Of a stretch of DNA of 60,362 nt, positions 37,266 through 47,652 are shown piece after piece. A program made the translations under genes and the position numbers. The DNA comes from an uncultured Pseudomonadales bacterium. Lineage in GTDB: Bacteria > Patescibacteriota > Microgenomatia > UBA1400 > UBA1396. The notes under the pieces are model-generated. The model did not search any database, was not told the DNA's origin, and saw nothing but the letters and a program-made list of their open reading frames with translations. Location of the stretch: positions 59,527 through 119,888 of the forward strand of contig CAZRWP010000002.1 in the NCBI GenBank assembly GCA_964603945.1, given 5' to 3'. Every line of letters begins with the position of its first letter. The first letter of the stretch is position 1.

Positions 37266-38120
37266 TCAAAATGAGAATGTGTTAAGTGCCCAACTCAGCA
37301 AGCTAAAGCGGTTGGTTTCGGTTTCAATCTCCTGGTCAAGCAGTAGTTGCTGTTCTTCCAGAGCAATCATAGCCTCCTCCAGAGTTTGCTGAATGGCCTC
37401 GTCAACAGTTTCCAGTTGGAGTTCCTGCAAGCGGGCAATTCGCTTTTCAATTTGCTCTTGCTGATCAACTAATTTATCTAGGTTAGATTTACTAGGTCCG
37501 ATGAGCCATCGCAGCCAGCGGTTCTGGTTTTGAACTTGCCGCAATTCACCGGCTATTGAAGCCTGAGTAGTTTTTTGCTGACGGGCAATTTCTCTAATCT
37601 CGGCGCCAATTCCACCATCTCGATCAGGAACGGCTAAAAGGCGCTGAACATGCTGAGCCACAATACTCATGTGTTCCTGAGCCGTGACCGAACGATTGGC
37701 TGAGCGGCTGGCGGAGCGTGAGGCAGAACGTGAAGCCTGCTCCTGCGTGAGCAGTTCTTTTCTGAGTTGGATTCGTTCTTTGGCGGCTAGTCGATTGGCT
37801 TGACCAAGGCTATTTGATTCATTTAAATTTGAATCATCTTCCGATTCCTCGTTCAAAAGCATTAGGGTAGTTGGCTCATCAGATAAATCGGCTGACCTAT
37901 CATTATTTTGGTTTTGACTCTTTTGGCCAGTAATAGTCTCAACTCGGATAGTTTCGCTTTCTGAGCCTTCAATTAAAACATTGCGGTTGCCATTTTGATT
38001 AGCGGTAACTTCTTTGTTAGCTAATCCTGGTGGAGTAAAATCTTCCGATTTAACTGCTTGAACTTGACTAAGTTGAGGCAGCGAAATAATCAACGCCACC
38101 AATAAAGCTGCAATCTGCAT
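37266..38120 (-). CDS. hypothetical secreted coiled-coil protein
   Basis: Signal peptide (MQIAALLVALIISLPQLSQVQA), an SRSASRSASRSANRS micro-repeat, and a C-terminal coiled-coil region. Confidence 0.5.
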   Translation of the reverse strand: MQIAALLVALIISLPQLSQVQAVKSEDFTPPGLANKEVTANQNGNRNVLIEGSESETIRVETITGQKSQNQNNDRSADLSDEPTTLMLLNEESEDDSNLNESNSLGQANRLAAKERIQLRKELLTQEQASRSASRSASRSANRSVTAQEHMSIVAQHVQRLLAVPDRDGGIGAEIREIARQQKTTQASIAGELRQVQNQNRWLRWLIGPSKSNLDKLVDQQEQIEKRIARLQELQLETVDEAIQQTLEEAMIALEEQQLLLDQEIETETNRFSLLSWALNTFSF

Positions 38121-38207
38121 AGCTGTATCCTTTCAGATATAACTATTCCATCATACAACTTGGATCAAGGAAATTTAATGTACCTGATAAATATCTTGCT
38201 AATTCAA

Positions 38208-38906
38208 TTAAAGTTTAGCTTGTTTTGCTTCAATAATCGCCAAACCAATGACCTTTTCCGGCTGAATAGCTTTCTGGTCTTTCCAGACTTCAGACTTAAA
38301 GCCTTGTTCCTGTAAAAATTCAATAATGGGCAAGATTGAATTGTCTGGACGGCCATGAAATTCGATAAATAAATGTTTTACCTGTCTGATTTTCTCACCA
38401 GCTGACAAAAGCACCCTCTCCTCTACTCCCTCAATATCCATCTTAAGTAAATCAATTGGCTGATCAAGATAGTGGCTCAAAGTCTGGGTTTGAACCTTAA
38501 TCGGTTCGCCTGGTCTGGTATTGGTCCAAGCTGACGGATGTAAACTGGCGGTTGATTGCCAATCGTCATCAGTTGGATCGATATAAAAATCCACTTGTTC
38601 GGCCGAGGTTGCCAAGGCAACTGGCTCAATGGTCACGTTTTCAATTAAATTTTGCTGCAAATTTTGTTCTAAATAAGTAATCGATTTGGGATTAGGCTCA
38701 ATGGCCAAAATTCGAGCCTCTGGCCACTGAGATTTAAAGTAAAGCGTACTGAGACCGATATGCGCGCCAGCATCAATAATATATGGCTTTTTAAGATCGT
38801 CTTCTAAATAATAGGTATGAAGACTGAAAATTTCCCGTTTAAGCTGGTGGTATTCCTGAGAATTGGGAAAAGAAACCGTGAACTGATTTAGTTTAGTGGT
38901 TAACAC
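38208..38906 (-). CDS. FkbM-family SAM-dependent methyltransferase
   Basis: SAM-binding motif IIDAGAHIGLSTLYF and FkbM-type LKMDIEGVEERVL. GTG start 6 nt after TATAAT. Confidence 0.75.
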   Translation of the reverse strand: MLTTKLNQFTVSFPNSQEYHQLKREIFSLHTYYLEDDLKKPYIIDAGAHIGLSTLYFKSQWPEARILAIEPNPKSITYLEQNLQQNLIENVTIEPVALATSAEQVDFYIDPTDDDWQSTASLHPSAWTNTRPGEPIKVQTQTLSHYLDQPIDLLKMDIEGVEERVLLSAGEKIRQVKHLFIEFHGRPDNSILPIIEFLQEQGFKSEVWKDQKAIQPEKVIGLAIIEAKQAKL

Positions 38907-39059
38907 GGAGATATTATAGCGCTGATGAAATTTTTTGAAGGCAAATTTTTATACATATTGAATATTGAAAAAAATAGTTGATGAATTTTTGACGATCCAA
39001 AACTAAAACCTGGTGGCTGGCAGTTTGCCAGCCACCAGGAATTCAGCTTCAAATTCAAT

Positions 39060-39377
39060 TTATAAGTTAATTTTGCTAGCGTACTGGCCAATTAGAGGTA
39101 GCTCTTTGGTCTCACCGTTAACGGCGTTCAAGATGCCGATAACCATAAGGATTAATAAGCCCAAACTTAGAATCGGACCTAAAACCCAGCCAATTACTGG
39201 AACCATTGAGAAAATGGTCAAGACAATCCAGGCTAGAAACAGGATCAGGCCTTGTTTAACGTGGAATTTTACAAACGGATCATCTTTGGCTTCGGTTAAG
39301 AGCGGGACAAAAAAGATCAGATAGGCTACAACTGCCATTCCGGTATTTTTCTGTTTTGGTTCTACGTTCTCTGGCAT
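39060..39377 (-). CDS. small DUF4870-like membrane protein
   Basis: 105 aa with three TM helices. Motif YLIFFVPLLTEAKDDPFVKFHVKQGLILF. AAGGAG SD upstream. Confidence 0.55.
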   Translation of the reverse strand: MPENVEPKQKNTGMAVVAYLIFFVPLLTEAKDDPFVKFHVKQGLILFLAWIVLTIFSMVPVIGWVLGPILSLGLLILMVIGILNAVNGETKELPLIGQYASKINL

Positions 39378-39477
39378 AAAGCTCCTTTGCTTTTCTTTTA
39401 GTATAAACTAAAAATTAAGTAAAAGAGGACATTTTTCAGCTGGCTATCATGGGATAAATATTCTGTCTGGATGGCAT

Positions 39478-40122
39478 TTAAGCCATAAGCCTTTTGTTTA
39501 AAAGTGATGATAAATCTGATGGAGATTTTAGTAGTAAGTTGGGCTTGGCTTCTTTTAGGGCGGAAACCGAGTTAAAACCCCAGCTAACCGCAATAATCTT
39601 TATCCCAGCCAGATGAGCCGCCTCGATATCACGAACCTCATCACCGACATAGGCTGTTTCGGCTGGGTTTAGTTTGTATTGTTTTATTAACTTTTTTAAT
39701 TTGTGATGTTTGCCAAAAAGGTCCGGCTCTGCGTCGACAAATCTGAAGTGTTTAGACAAGTTATGGTGGTTTAAAAATCGTTCCACATTGGCTGAAGTGT
39801 TAGAGGTTAAGATTCCAAGTTTGTATTGAGTTGCTAAGGCAGGCACTATTTTGGTGAGCGGCGGGAAGATTTTTGGTTCTAAGTGTTGAGTTTGTTGAAT
39901 AGTTCTGGCCTCTTTGATCAGGCTGGGTAATTGCCAAAGCGGGATTTTTTGCTGTTTTATGAAGTCGCGCATTGAAAGATGTTTAAACTGCTCTATCTCG
40001 TTTTCGTTGAGTGGTCGCCGGCGGTGCTTAATTGTTAGTTGATTGAAAATGTCCAAATGAATCTGGAATGAATCGGCTAACGTGCCATCGAAATCAAAGA
40101 TTAGGGTGGCTTCATAGATCAT
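39478..40122 (-). CDS. HAD-superfamily hydrolase (phosphoglycolate phosphatase-like subfamily IA)
   Basis: Motif I FDFDGTLADS, motif II ILTSN, motif III/IV K...VGDEVRDIEAA. Confidence 0.8.
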   Translation of the reverse strand: MIYEATLIFDFDGTLADSFQIHLDIFNQLTIKHRRRPLNENEIEQFKHLSMRDFIKQQKIPLWQLPSLIKEARTIQQTQHLEPKIFPPLTKIVPALATQYKLGILTSNTSANVERFLNHHNLSKHFRFVDAEPDLFGKHHKLKKLIKQYKLNPAETAYVGDEVRDIEAAHLAGIKIIAVSWGFNSVSALKEAKPNLLLKSPSDLSSLLNKRLMA

Positions 40123-40123
40123 A

Positions 40124-40302
40124 CTCTCCCCTCAATCTGGATATAAACTTTATCTCCAGATTACACTCTTGTTATTTTGACCTGAATTGTGCTTTTTTTG
40201 CGCAAATTTATTGGGACATTACCCCTTTAAAACTAACAAAAATGTCCAAAAATACAAGACCTTGATCTGGATATACCAACTATCTCCAGATTGAGGGGAG
40301 AG
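40124..40302. repeat. intergenic element copy A with terminal inverted repeats and two palindromes (MITE/Correia-like)
   Basis: Terminal inverted repeats CTCTCCCCTCAATCTGGATATA (40124-40145) and TATCTCCAGATTGAGGGGAGAG (40281-40302). Each end also holds a palindrome ATCTGGAKATA-N5-TATCTCCAGAT. The core is AT-rich. A second copy with the same organisation lies at 43174-43348. Confidence 0.8.
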
Positions 40303-40308
40303 TATTAC

Positions 40309-42408
40309 TTATTCAATCATAATTCGCGCGTCGAGAACTTTGGCGCCCTGCCCTTGTGGCAGTGCCAGCAGAGGGTTGATGTCGAGCTCAGTAATTTCTG
40401 GAAAATCGGTGACGAGTTGTGACAATCTGCCCAAGCATTCAATCAATGCTGCTTGATCTCTGGGTGCTTGGCCGCGGACACCATCAAATATTTTGGCCGA
40501 TCGCAAACTGGTGATAAGCCGTTTGGCATCGTTTTCATTTAGCGGAGCAAAGGCAAAACTCACGTCCTTTAAGACTTCAACATAAATGCCACCTAGCCCA
40601 AACATAATAGTAGTACCAAGGCTAGGATTTTTGTTAACACCCAGAATTACTTCGACTCCGTCCTGCGGGGCCATCTGCATAATTAGACCACCTTCGAGTT
40701 TGGCCTTTGGTTTGTGAGAGGCAACGGTTTCCAGCATAGATTGGTACTTGGCGGCCGCCTCTTCGGGTGAAAAGTCCAACACTACCCCGCCTACATCGCT
40801 TTTATGGAGAATGTCGGGGGAAACAATTTTCATGGCCAGGCGGCCGCCAAACTGCTCGGCAATGGCGGTGGCCTCTTCAGGGGAGTGAGCAACGGCACTG
40901 TCCAGAACGGGGAATTTGTAGGCTTTGAGAATCTCAACTGCCTCGGCTTCGGGAAAGGAAGTTTGACCTTTGGCTTTAGCCTTAGCAAAGATATCAGCTA
41001 CGGTTTTTTTGTCGACATCCTCATATTTTAAGAATGGTAAGTTAGGGATTTGAGTCCAATCAGCGTAATGACTAAATGCCGCTAAAGCGCAGACTGCCGG
41101 CTCAGGAAATGGTGTGTTGGTGACGTCGGCTTCGCGCAGTAAGTCAACGCCTGGCTTGACTGTTTCCCGCCCCATAAAACTGACAACAATCGGCTTTTTA
41201 TACTCTGCTTTTAATTTGATGATAGCTTCAGCAGTGGCGGTAATTTCCGTCATAGACTGCGGAGTTAGCAGAATTAAAACAGACTCGGTGTTTTTGTCTT
41301 CTAACACTACGCGCAAGGTTTGTTCGTAGCGATCGGCTTTCGCATCGCCTAAAACATCAATCGGATTATTCAGACTGGCAGCTGGGGGCAAAAATTCCTT
41401 GAGTTTAGCCTTAGATTCTTCAGTCAGCTCAGCCATTTTCAAATTATGAGAAATAATTTCATCAGTTGCCAACACACCCGGACCACCGGCGTTGGTAATC
41501 ACGGCCACATTATGCGCTTTGACTAACGGGTTACGCGCCAGAATCTGAGCGTAGTCAAAGAGCTCCCGCACGCAGTTGGCGCGAATGATGCCGGCTTGTT
41601 CAAACAAAGCCTTGTAAGCTGAGTCACCGCCGCTTAATGAACCAGTGTGGGAAGCAATGGCGCTGGCGCCGGCCTCCGTCCGGCCTGATTTAAGCACGAT
41701 TACCGGCTTTGGGTGGTCAGAATGATTAATTTCCTGGATTGCCTCAATTACGGCCGGCGCCTCCTCCAGTTGTTCGGCATAGATGGCGATAACGTCGGTG
41801 TGCGGATCCTGAGCAAAGTAGCGGATTAAGGTGAGTTCATCAATACAAGCTTTGTTGCCGATACTCATGAATTTGGAAAAGCCCAGGCTCATATCCTTAG
41901 CGTAATCAAGTACGGCTGTGCAGAGTGCGCCACTCTGGGAAATAAAAGCCACGTTTCCCATTTCGGGCATCAGACAGGCAAATGAAGCGTTCATACTGAT
42001 TTCCGGATTAATCACACCCAAGCAGTTTGGTCCAATTAAAGCCACATTTCTCTTTTGACAGACATCATGTAGTTCCTGTTCAAGTTCAAGATTGCCGGTT
42101 TCCTTAAAGCCAGCTGAAATCACGATCGCGGCTTGGGCACCTTTGTCAGCTGCCTCATTAATTATTTGTGAAACAAATTTAGCCGGAATTGCTACCACTA
42201 CTAGATCAATATCTTCCGGAATTTCCGCGATGGATCCATACACTTTTTGTCCGAAAAGCTCGTCAGCTTTGGGGTTAACCGGATAAACATTGCCTTCATA
42301 TCCCTGGGTCAGTAAATTTTTGACCACATCATTGCCGACGGTTTTGGGCGTGCGCGATGCTCCCACAACGGCAATCGATTTTGGATAAAACAGAGCATTA
42401 AAATTCAT
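40309..42408 (-). CDS. acetate--CoA ligase (ADP-forming), fused alpha/beta (ACD)
   Basis: N-terminal CoA-binding/succinyl-CoA-synthetase-like domains (SIAVVGASRTPKTVG..., phosphohistidine-loop region SHTGSLSG) and a C-terminal ATP-grasp domain. Start set at ATG 42408 (MNFNALFYPK). Confidence 0.85.
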   Translation of the reverse strand: MNFNALFYPKSIAVVGASRTPKTVGNDVVKNLLTQGYEGNVYPVNPKADELFGQKVYGSIAEIPEDIDLVVVAIPAKFVSQIINEAADKGAQAAIVISAGFKETGNLELEQELHDVCQKRNVALIGPNCLGVINPEISMNASFACLMPEMGNVAFISQSGALCTAVLDYAKDMSLGFSKFMSIGNKACIDELTLIRYFAQDPHTDVIAIYAEQLEEAPAVIEAIQEINHSDHPKPVIVLKSGRTEAGASAIASHTGSLSGGDSAYKALFEQAGIIRANCVRELFDYAQILARNPLVKAHNVAVITNAGGPGVLATDEIISHNLKMAELTEESKAKLKEFLPPAASLNNPIDVLGDAKADRYEQTLRVVLEDKNTESVLILLTPQSMTEITATAEAIIKLKAEYKKPIVVSFMGRETVKPGVDLLREADVTNTPFPEPAVCALAAFSHYADWTQIPNLPFLKYEDVDKKTVADIFAKAKAKGQTSFPEAEAVEILKAYKFPVLDSAVAHSPEEATAIAEQFGGRLAMKIVSPDILHKSDVGGVVLDFSPEEAAAKYQSMLETVASHKPKAKLEGGLIMQMAPQDGVEVILGVNKNPSLGTTIMFGLGGIYVEVLKDVSFAFAPLNENDAKRLITSLRSAKIFDGVRGQAPRDQAALIECLGRLSQLVTDFPEITELDINPLLALPQGQGAKVLDARIMIE

Positions 42409-42424
42409 GATCGTCCTTCTTTTT

Positions 42425-43156
42425 TTACTGAATGAACACATTTTTTAGGTATTTCTCAAAGATATTTTTGGCTTGTTCGACACTGGCTGGAGTTGGCGGC
42501 TGTACGTTTTTTAAGGTGTAATCCATTCCCAGGCCTTCATATTTGTAAACGCCCAGCGTGTGATATGGCAGAATTTCAACTTGCTCAACGGTTTGGTAAT
42601 CAGCAAAATACTTGCCCCACTCTTCTAAATATTCCGGCTGATCAGACCACCCAGGCACCAATACGTAGCGCAACCACATCGGTTTGCCGGTACTTTCTCG
42701 ATATTTTGCCATGGCTAAAGTATTGGCATTGCCAGCGCCTGTTAACTTGCGATGCCAATCGTCATTTATATGCTTGACATCCAACAAAACTAAATCAGTT
42801 AAATCGTAAAGTTTTTTTGTAGTAGGCGAAACTATAGTGCCATTTGTATCCAAACAAGTGTGAAAGCCGGCGGCCTTGGCAGAGGTGAATAATTCAATTA
42901 ATCCATCAGCTTGCAAGGTAGGTTCTCCACCTGAAACTGTTAAGCCACCACCCCGTTTAAAGTAAGGACGCTCTTTTTCTAGTAGCTCCAAAATTTGCTC
43001 GGTTGTCATGTTTTTGGTTGAGTCAGTCGTCAACGCCTGAGTATCTGGATTATGGCAATAAAGACAACGGATATTACAACCTTGCAGAAAGATGACTAAT
43101 CTAATGCCAGGCCCTTCATGTGTTCCAAAAGTTTCCACTGAGTGGACGCGCAACAT
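42425..43156 (-). CDS. pflA: pyruvate formate-lyase activating enzyme (radical SAM)
   Basis: CxxxCxxC cluster motif GCNIRCLYCHNPD and GGLTVSGGEPTLQ. Length is typical. Start set at ATG 43156; the TTG extension to 43183 would run into repeat copy B. Confidence 0.9.
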   Translation of the reverse strand: MLRVHSVETFGTHEGPGIRLVIFLQGCNIRCLYCHNPDTQALTTDSTKNMTTEQILELLEKERPYFKRGGGLTVSGGEPTLQADGLIELFTSAKAAGFHTCLDTNGTIVSPTTKKLYDLTDLVLLDVKHINDDWHRKLTGAGNANTLAMAKYRESTGKPMWLRYVLVPGWSDQPEYLEEWGKYFADYQTVEQVEILPYHTLGVYKYEGLGMDYTLKNVQPPTPASVEQAKNIFEKYLKNVFIQ

Positions 43157-43173
43157 ATGCCTATTGTAGTACA

Positions 43174-43348
43174 CTCTCCTCAATCTGGAGATAAGGTTTA
43201 TCTCCAGATCACACCCTATGCCTTTTTTACTAATTTTAGGTATATTTTGTGCTTTTTAGGCACCATTTAGCGCTTAAAAACAAACAAAAATGCTTAAAAA
43301 TTCAAGACCTTGATCTGGACATAACAGCTATCTCCAGATTGAGGAGAG
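43174..43348. repeat. intergenic element copy B with terminal inverted repeats and two palindromes (MITE/Correia-like)
   Basis: Terminal repeats CTCTCCTCAATCTGGAGATA (43174-43193) and TATCTCCAGATTGAGGAGAG (43329-43348). Left palindrome is perfect: ATCTGGAGATA-AGGTT-TATCTCCAGAT. Colinear with copy A and in the same orientation. Confidence 0.8.
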
Positions 43349-43355
43349 ACCGTGA

Positions 43356-44171
43356 TCAAGGTGTGCGGATCTGCTTCGAGTACCACTTTGCCCTTTCTCC
43401 AGGATTTTCATCAAAAATAATATCGCGGCCGATATTGATGATTAAACCTTGTCCGTTCGTATTCAATCCTGCCTTTAGCACCGATTTTAACTCGCCCCCT
43501 TGCGCTCCAATGCCAGGAACTAAAATGGTCATTTCGCCTACCACCTGGCGTACTTTAGCTAATTCTTTTGGGTAGGTGGCGCCAACCACTAACATGCAAT
43601 TTTCAGCCTGATTCCACTCCTGACTAACCTGCTTAGCAACCTTTAACCACATTGGCTCGCGAGAACCATCTTCATCCTCAACCAAAAGATCCTGCAGTTC
43701 TCCCCCACCTGGGTTCGAGGTCTTGCACAGAATAATCGAGGCTTTATCAATTCTCTCTAAAAAAGGCGCCAAGGATTCTTGCCCTAAATATGGATGTAAA
43801 GTAACAGCGTCAAATCCTAAATCATCAAAAATAGACTTTACATAGCCAAAATTTGTATTACCGATATCACCTCGCTTGGCATCAGCAATGGTAACAATTT
43901 CTGGGTAATTTTTTTGCAGATACTCAACTGTGAGCTGTAAACTTTTCCAGCCCGCTATTCCCTCGGATTCATAAAAAGCCAGGTTTGGTTTGTAGGCGGC
44001 CGTGTAGATGTGAGTCTGATCAATAATCCATTTATTGAAGGCAAACAAAGGATTGTCTTGCGACAAAAAGCGGTCTGGGATTTTTTTGAGGTCGGCATCT
44101 AAGCCAACGCACAACAGTGAGTTAATTTGCTGGACGCGTCGGTTGTACTTTTCAGCAATTTTCATCCTCAT
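43356..44171 (-). CDS. pyrF: orotidine 5'-phosphate decarboxylase (type 2)
   Basis: Motifs LCVGLDAD and ADAKRGDIGNT. ATGA overlap with pyrE. Confidence 0.85.
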   Translation of the reverse strand: MRMKIAEKYNRRVQQINSLLCVGLDADLKKIPDRFLSQDNPLFAFNKWIIDQTHIYTAAYKPNLAFYESEGIAGWKSLQLTVEYLQKNYPEIVTIADAKRGDIGNTNFGYVKSIFDDLGFDAVTLHPYLGQESLAPFLERIDKASIILCKTSNPGGGELQDLLVEDEDGSREPMWLKVAKQVSQEWNQAENCMLVVGATYPKELAKVRQVVGEMTILVPGIGAQGGELKSVLKAGLNTNGQGLIINIGRDIIFDENPGERAKWYSKQIRTP

Positions 44172-44848
44172 AACTTAATTTCACTTTCGCCGTATTGCTT
44201 AAATTCGTCAATTATCGACTGCTTAATTGGTTGACTAGGCTTAAACTTTTTAACGGCTAAAGGAAGCAACTCCAAACCCTGACTAAGATTAAAATAAGGA
44301 ACACCTTTTTCTGCTAATACCTCACTAACATGGCGTCCGTCATCCATGACCTCGTTACGGTTGGTTAAGGTGACTGCACCCGCCAGGTTATAACCTAATT
44401 CTTGAAGTGTCAAAACCGTTTTTAACAAAGATCCACCAGTGGTGGTCACGTCTTCTAGGACTACGACTCGACCTGCTGGCGCACCGACAAAATATCGGTC
44501 TTTAGGTTCGCCGTGATCTTTAGGTGTTTTACGCCCCATGGCCAATGGATATTTTCCTGGACCAAAATCAGATTGTAATTTAGCCCATTTGTATTGGCAG
44601 ACGACCGCCAGTTTAGTTGCTCCATCTGGAGTGCCGTACAAGCAGTCAAAGTCCACGTTTTTATCAGCTAAAAAATCTAAGACAAAATCAGTCAAACGTT
44701 CTAGTTGAAATACATCAGCTGACACATTGCGCCAATTAACATACCAACTGGTGTAGCGCCCGGATGATAGTTTTATCGGCTGGTCAAAAAAGCCGACAAT
44801 TCCCTGCTCTAAAATGAAGTCGTAAAAAGCAGTTTGGTCAAACGACAT
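44168..44848 (-). CDS. pyrE: orotate phosphoribosyltransferase
   Basis: PRPP-binding motif VVVLEDVTTTGGS. Type I PRTase layout, adjacent to pyrF. AAAGGAAA SD upstream. Confidence 0.8.
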   Translation of the reverse strand: MSFDQTAFYDFILEQGIVGFFDQPIKLSSGRYTSWYVNWRNVSADVFQLERLTDFVLDFLADKNVDFDCLYGTPDGATKLAVVCQYKWAKLQSDFGPGKYPLAMGRKTPKDHGEPKDRYFVGAPAGRVVVLEDVTTTGGSLLKTVLTLQELGYNLAGAVTLTNRNEVMDDGRHVSEVLAEKGVPYFNLSQGLELLPLAVKKFKPSQPIKQSIIDEFKQYGESEIKL

Positions 44849-44938
44849 AAGTTTTCCTTTCTGAATTGAAATTAATATGAAATATTGCTTTTTGAGATTT
44901 TGAAGCTGAGATTTTAATCAGATTCATAAAACACCATT

Positions 44939-45364
44939 TTATCTGGACAGCCTAAGATATTTTTCCGGTAGACGCTCATGTTTAATTTCAATATTGGCTT
45001 GTTTAAAAATAGGTTCAATTTGGCTCAGAGTTGCCGGCCGATTTGTATTAAGATCCTCCATCTTAAGCTGTCCAATAAAAACTGTACTGAGTCCTAAAAC
45101 CCAGCAAGAAAATGGTTTGTCTTTTTGTTCCCTGTAAAAGAATAGAGCGCCAGCATCAGATATATCATCCCAATTGCCGCGTTTTTCATATATGTCACGA
45201 TGGGTAAATTTACCTGCATCACCGACCAATATATCTGAGCCTATTCTAACAAAACGAAGCGTTATAACATTTATATTCTGCCTTTTTAAAGCAAGCAAGG
45301 TTTTATCATTCAATTTCTGAACATCATTCAAAATTTCCCGCTCAAAAAGGTTTAGTAAAGCCAC
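44939..45364 (-). CDS. hypothetical protein
   Basis: 141-aa ORF between pflB and pyrE. GTG start, AT-rich, no recognisable motif. Confidence 0.4.
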   Translation of the reverse strand: MALLNLFEREILNDVQKLNDKTLLALKRQNINVITLRFVRIGSDILVGDAGKFTHRDIYEKRGNWDDISDAGALFFYREQKDKPFSCWVLGLSTVFIGQLKMEDLNTNRPATLSQIEPIFKQANIEIKHERLPEKYLRLSR

Positions 45365-45384
45365 TAAAACCGTAGTATAACCGC

Positions 45385-47652
45385 CTACATCGACTCGTGA
45401 AAGGTGCGGGCGATTACTTCGCGCTGTTGTTCCGGACTAAGCTTGATAAAGTTGACGGCGTAGCCAGAAACACGAATGGTTAGCTGAGGGTATTTTTCTG
45501 GGTGCTCCATGGCATCAATCAGCGTATCGCGGTTAAGGACATTCACGTTCAAGTGATGGGCGTGTTTGCCAAAGTAACCGTCAAATAAATTGACCATGTT
45601 GTCGAGTTGCTGGTCTTTGGTTTTGCCCAAACTCTTAGGTACCAGGGAGAAGGTATTGCTCACCCCGTCACGCGCGTCTGCGTAATCAATTTTAGCCACT
45701 GAGTTTAGTGAGGCAACCGCGCCAGAACTATCTCGGCCGTGCATGGGATTGGCACCTGGGGCAAATGGCTCGCCTTTCTTGCGTCCATCAGGGGTAGCGC
45801 CGGTTTTTTTGCCGTAAACCACATTGGAAGTAATCGTCAGCACTGACAAGGTTGGTGTGGCGTCACGGTAGATATGATTAGTGCTTAACTCCTGATTAAA
45901 GTCATGGACTAAGTCGCGAGCAATTTGGTCAACCGCGTCATTGTCATTACCGAACTTGGGATATTCACCCTCAACTTTAAAGTCGACCGTTACGCCTTGA
46001 TCGTTGCGGATAGGCGTCACTTTGGCAAACTTAATGGCACTCAATGAGTCAGCGACCACACTTAGGCCAGCCAGGCCAAAAGCCATATTGCGATGAACAT
46101 GCGTATCCATTAAAGCCATCTGTGCCCGCTCATAATAATATTTGTCATGCATGTAATGAATAACGTTCATAGTATTGACGTAAGACTTAGCCAGATAGGC
46201 CATGCAGATATCAAATAGGCGTTTAATTTCGTTGTAATCCAATGGGCCGTCAGGTAACTTAGGAATATTTGGGACTATTTCAATGCCCATGATTTCATCA
46301 CGGCCTTCGTTTAGCGCTAAAAGCAGAGCCTTAGCCAAGTTGCAACGGGCACCAAAAAACTGCATCTCTTTACCTGTTTCCATCATGGAGACACAACAGG
46401 CGATACAGTAGTCATCAGTATTGCCGGTGGTGCACATTAGGTCATCGTTTTCATACTGAATCGAGGACGTGTCCATCGAAACCTGAGCGCAGAACTTTTT
46501 GAAATTCTCTGGCAAGCGATCAGACCATAAAACTGTTAAGTTTGGTTCTGGCGCTGGTCCAAGATTGTATAGCGTTTGTAAAAAGCGGTATGACGTCTTG
46601 GTGATTTTATGCCGTCCATCTTTGAGCATGCCGCCAATACACTCGGTGACCCAAGTTGGGTCGCCGGCAAAGAGCTGATTGTACTCATCCATGCGCAGAT
46701 GGCGCACCAGGCGCAACTTGATCACAAAGTCATCTATTAATTCCTGCGCTTGAGCTTCGTTAAGCTTGCCACTGGCGAGATCTCGTTCCAGGTAAATATC
46801 AAAAAATGAACTGACGTTGCCCAGGCTCATCGCCGCCCCGTCTTGCTCTTTTAGTGAGGCTAGGTAGCCAAAGTAAGTCCACTGGATAGCCTCTTGGGCA
46901 TTCTCCGCGGGGCGGCTAATGTCAAAGCCATACTTTTGGGCCATTTGCTTCATCATGTTCAAGGCGCGGATTTGTTCGCTGACCTCTTCACGCAGTTGAA
47001 TCAGTTGGTCGGTCATTGGACCGTCCAAAGATTCCTTGTCCTTTTCCTTGGCTGAAATCAGTTTATCCACACCATATAAAGCTACCCGGCGGTAATCACC
47101 AATGATCCGGCCGCGAGCATAATTGTCCGGCAGACCGGTCAAAACGCCAGTCTTGCGAAGTTTACGCATTTCTTCGGTGTAAACGTCAAAAACACCATCA
47201 TTGTGGGTTTTACGGTAATCGCGACAAATCCGAATTACTTCTCCATCCAGTTTGTACCCATTTTGGTCGCAGGCGCTTTCCACCACACGGTAGCCGCCAA
47301 ATGGCTTGATGCCTCGTTTTAATGGAGCGTCTGTTTGCAGACCTACAATTAGTTCCAGTTTTTTATCAATATAGCCTGGATCATGACTGATAATAGTTGA
47401 GATATTCTTAGTATCGATATCTAACACACCACCTTTATCAATCTCTTTTTGCAGTAAGATTTTGGTTTTATCCCAGAGTTTTTTGGTTCGGGCAGACGGA
47501 CCCTTTAGAAATCCAGCGTCACCATCATAAGGATTGATATTGGTGAAAATAAAATCTCGAACGTTAACTTCTGACTGCCAAACATTTTCGGCAAATTTAG
47601 CTGGATCCGCCTTTTTAGCCTTAGCGGAGACTTTCTTATTAACTGCGGCCAT
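45385..47652 (-). CDS. pflB: formate C-acetyltransferase (pyruvate formate-lyase)
   Basis: Glycyl-radical motif RVSGYAVNF. Full-length similarity pattern to PflB (NVRDFI...[18 protein letters not shown], active-site CC in IACCVSM). Start ATG 47652, 5 nt after AAGGGAG. Confidence 0.95.
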   Translation of the reverse strand: MAAVNKKVSAKAKKADPAKFAENVWQSEVNVRDFIFTNINPYDGDAGFLKGPSARTKKLWDKTKILLQKEIDKGGVLDIDTKNISTIISHDPGYIDKKLELIVGLQTDAPLKRGIKPFGGYRVVESACDQNGYKLDGEVIRICRDYRKTHNDGVFDVYTEEMRKLRKTGVLTGLPDNYARGRIIGDYRRVALYGVDKLISAKEKDKESLDGPMTDQLIQLREEVSEQIRALNMMKQMAQKYGFDISRPAENAQEAIQWTYFGYLASLKEQDGAAMSLGNVSSFFDIYLERDLASGKLNEAQAQELIDDFVIKLRLVRHLRMDEYNQLFAGDPTWVTECIGGMLKDGRHKITKTSYRFLQTLYNLGPAPEPNLTVLWSDRLPENFKKFCAQVSMDTSSIQYENDDLMCTTGNTDDYCIACCVSMMETGKEMQFFGARCNLAKALLLALNEGRDEIMGIEIVPNIPKLPDGPLDYNEIKRLFDICMAYLAKSYVNTMNVIHYMHDKYYYERAQMALMDTHVHRNMAFGLAGLSVVADSLSAIKFAKVTPIRNDQGVTVDFKVEGEYPKFGNDNDAVDQIARDLVHDFNQELSTNHIYRDATPTLSVLTITSNVVYGKKTGATPDGRKKGEPFAPGANPMHGRDSSGAVASLNSVAKIDYADARDGVSNTFSLVPKSLGKTKDQQLDNMVNLFDGYFGKHAHHLNVNVLNRDTLIDAMEHPEKYPQLTIRVSGYAVNFIKLSPEQQREVIARTFHESM

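Noticed and set aside
40242-40265. A 7-codon mini-ORF on the plus strand is conserved in both repeat copies: MSKNTRP* at 40242-40265 and MLKNSRP* at 43289-43312. A 24-codon ORF at 50963-51037 lies just upstream of the PEBP gene.
   Set aside because: No SD or -10 signal, very short, and the conservation is explained by the repeat itself. There is no evidence of translation.
43157-43183. TTG-initiated extension of pflA (MRRVYYNRH...) reaching into repeat copy B.
   Set aside because: The extension is encoded by the repeat's terminal inverted repeat. PflA homologues start near MLRVHSVE..., which corresponds to ATG 43156.
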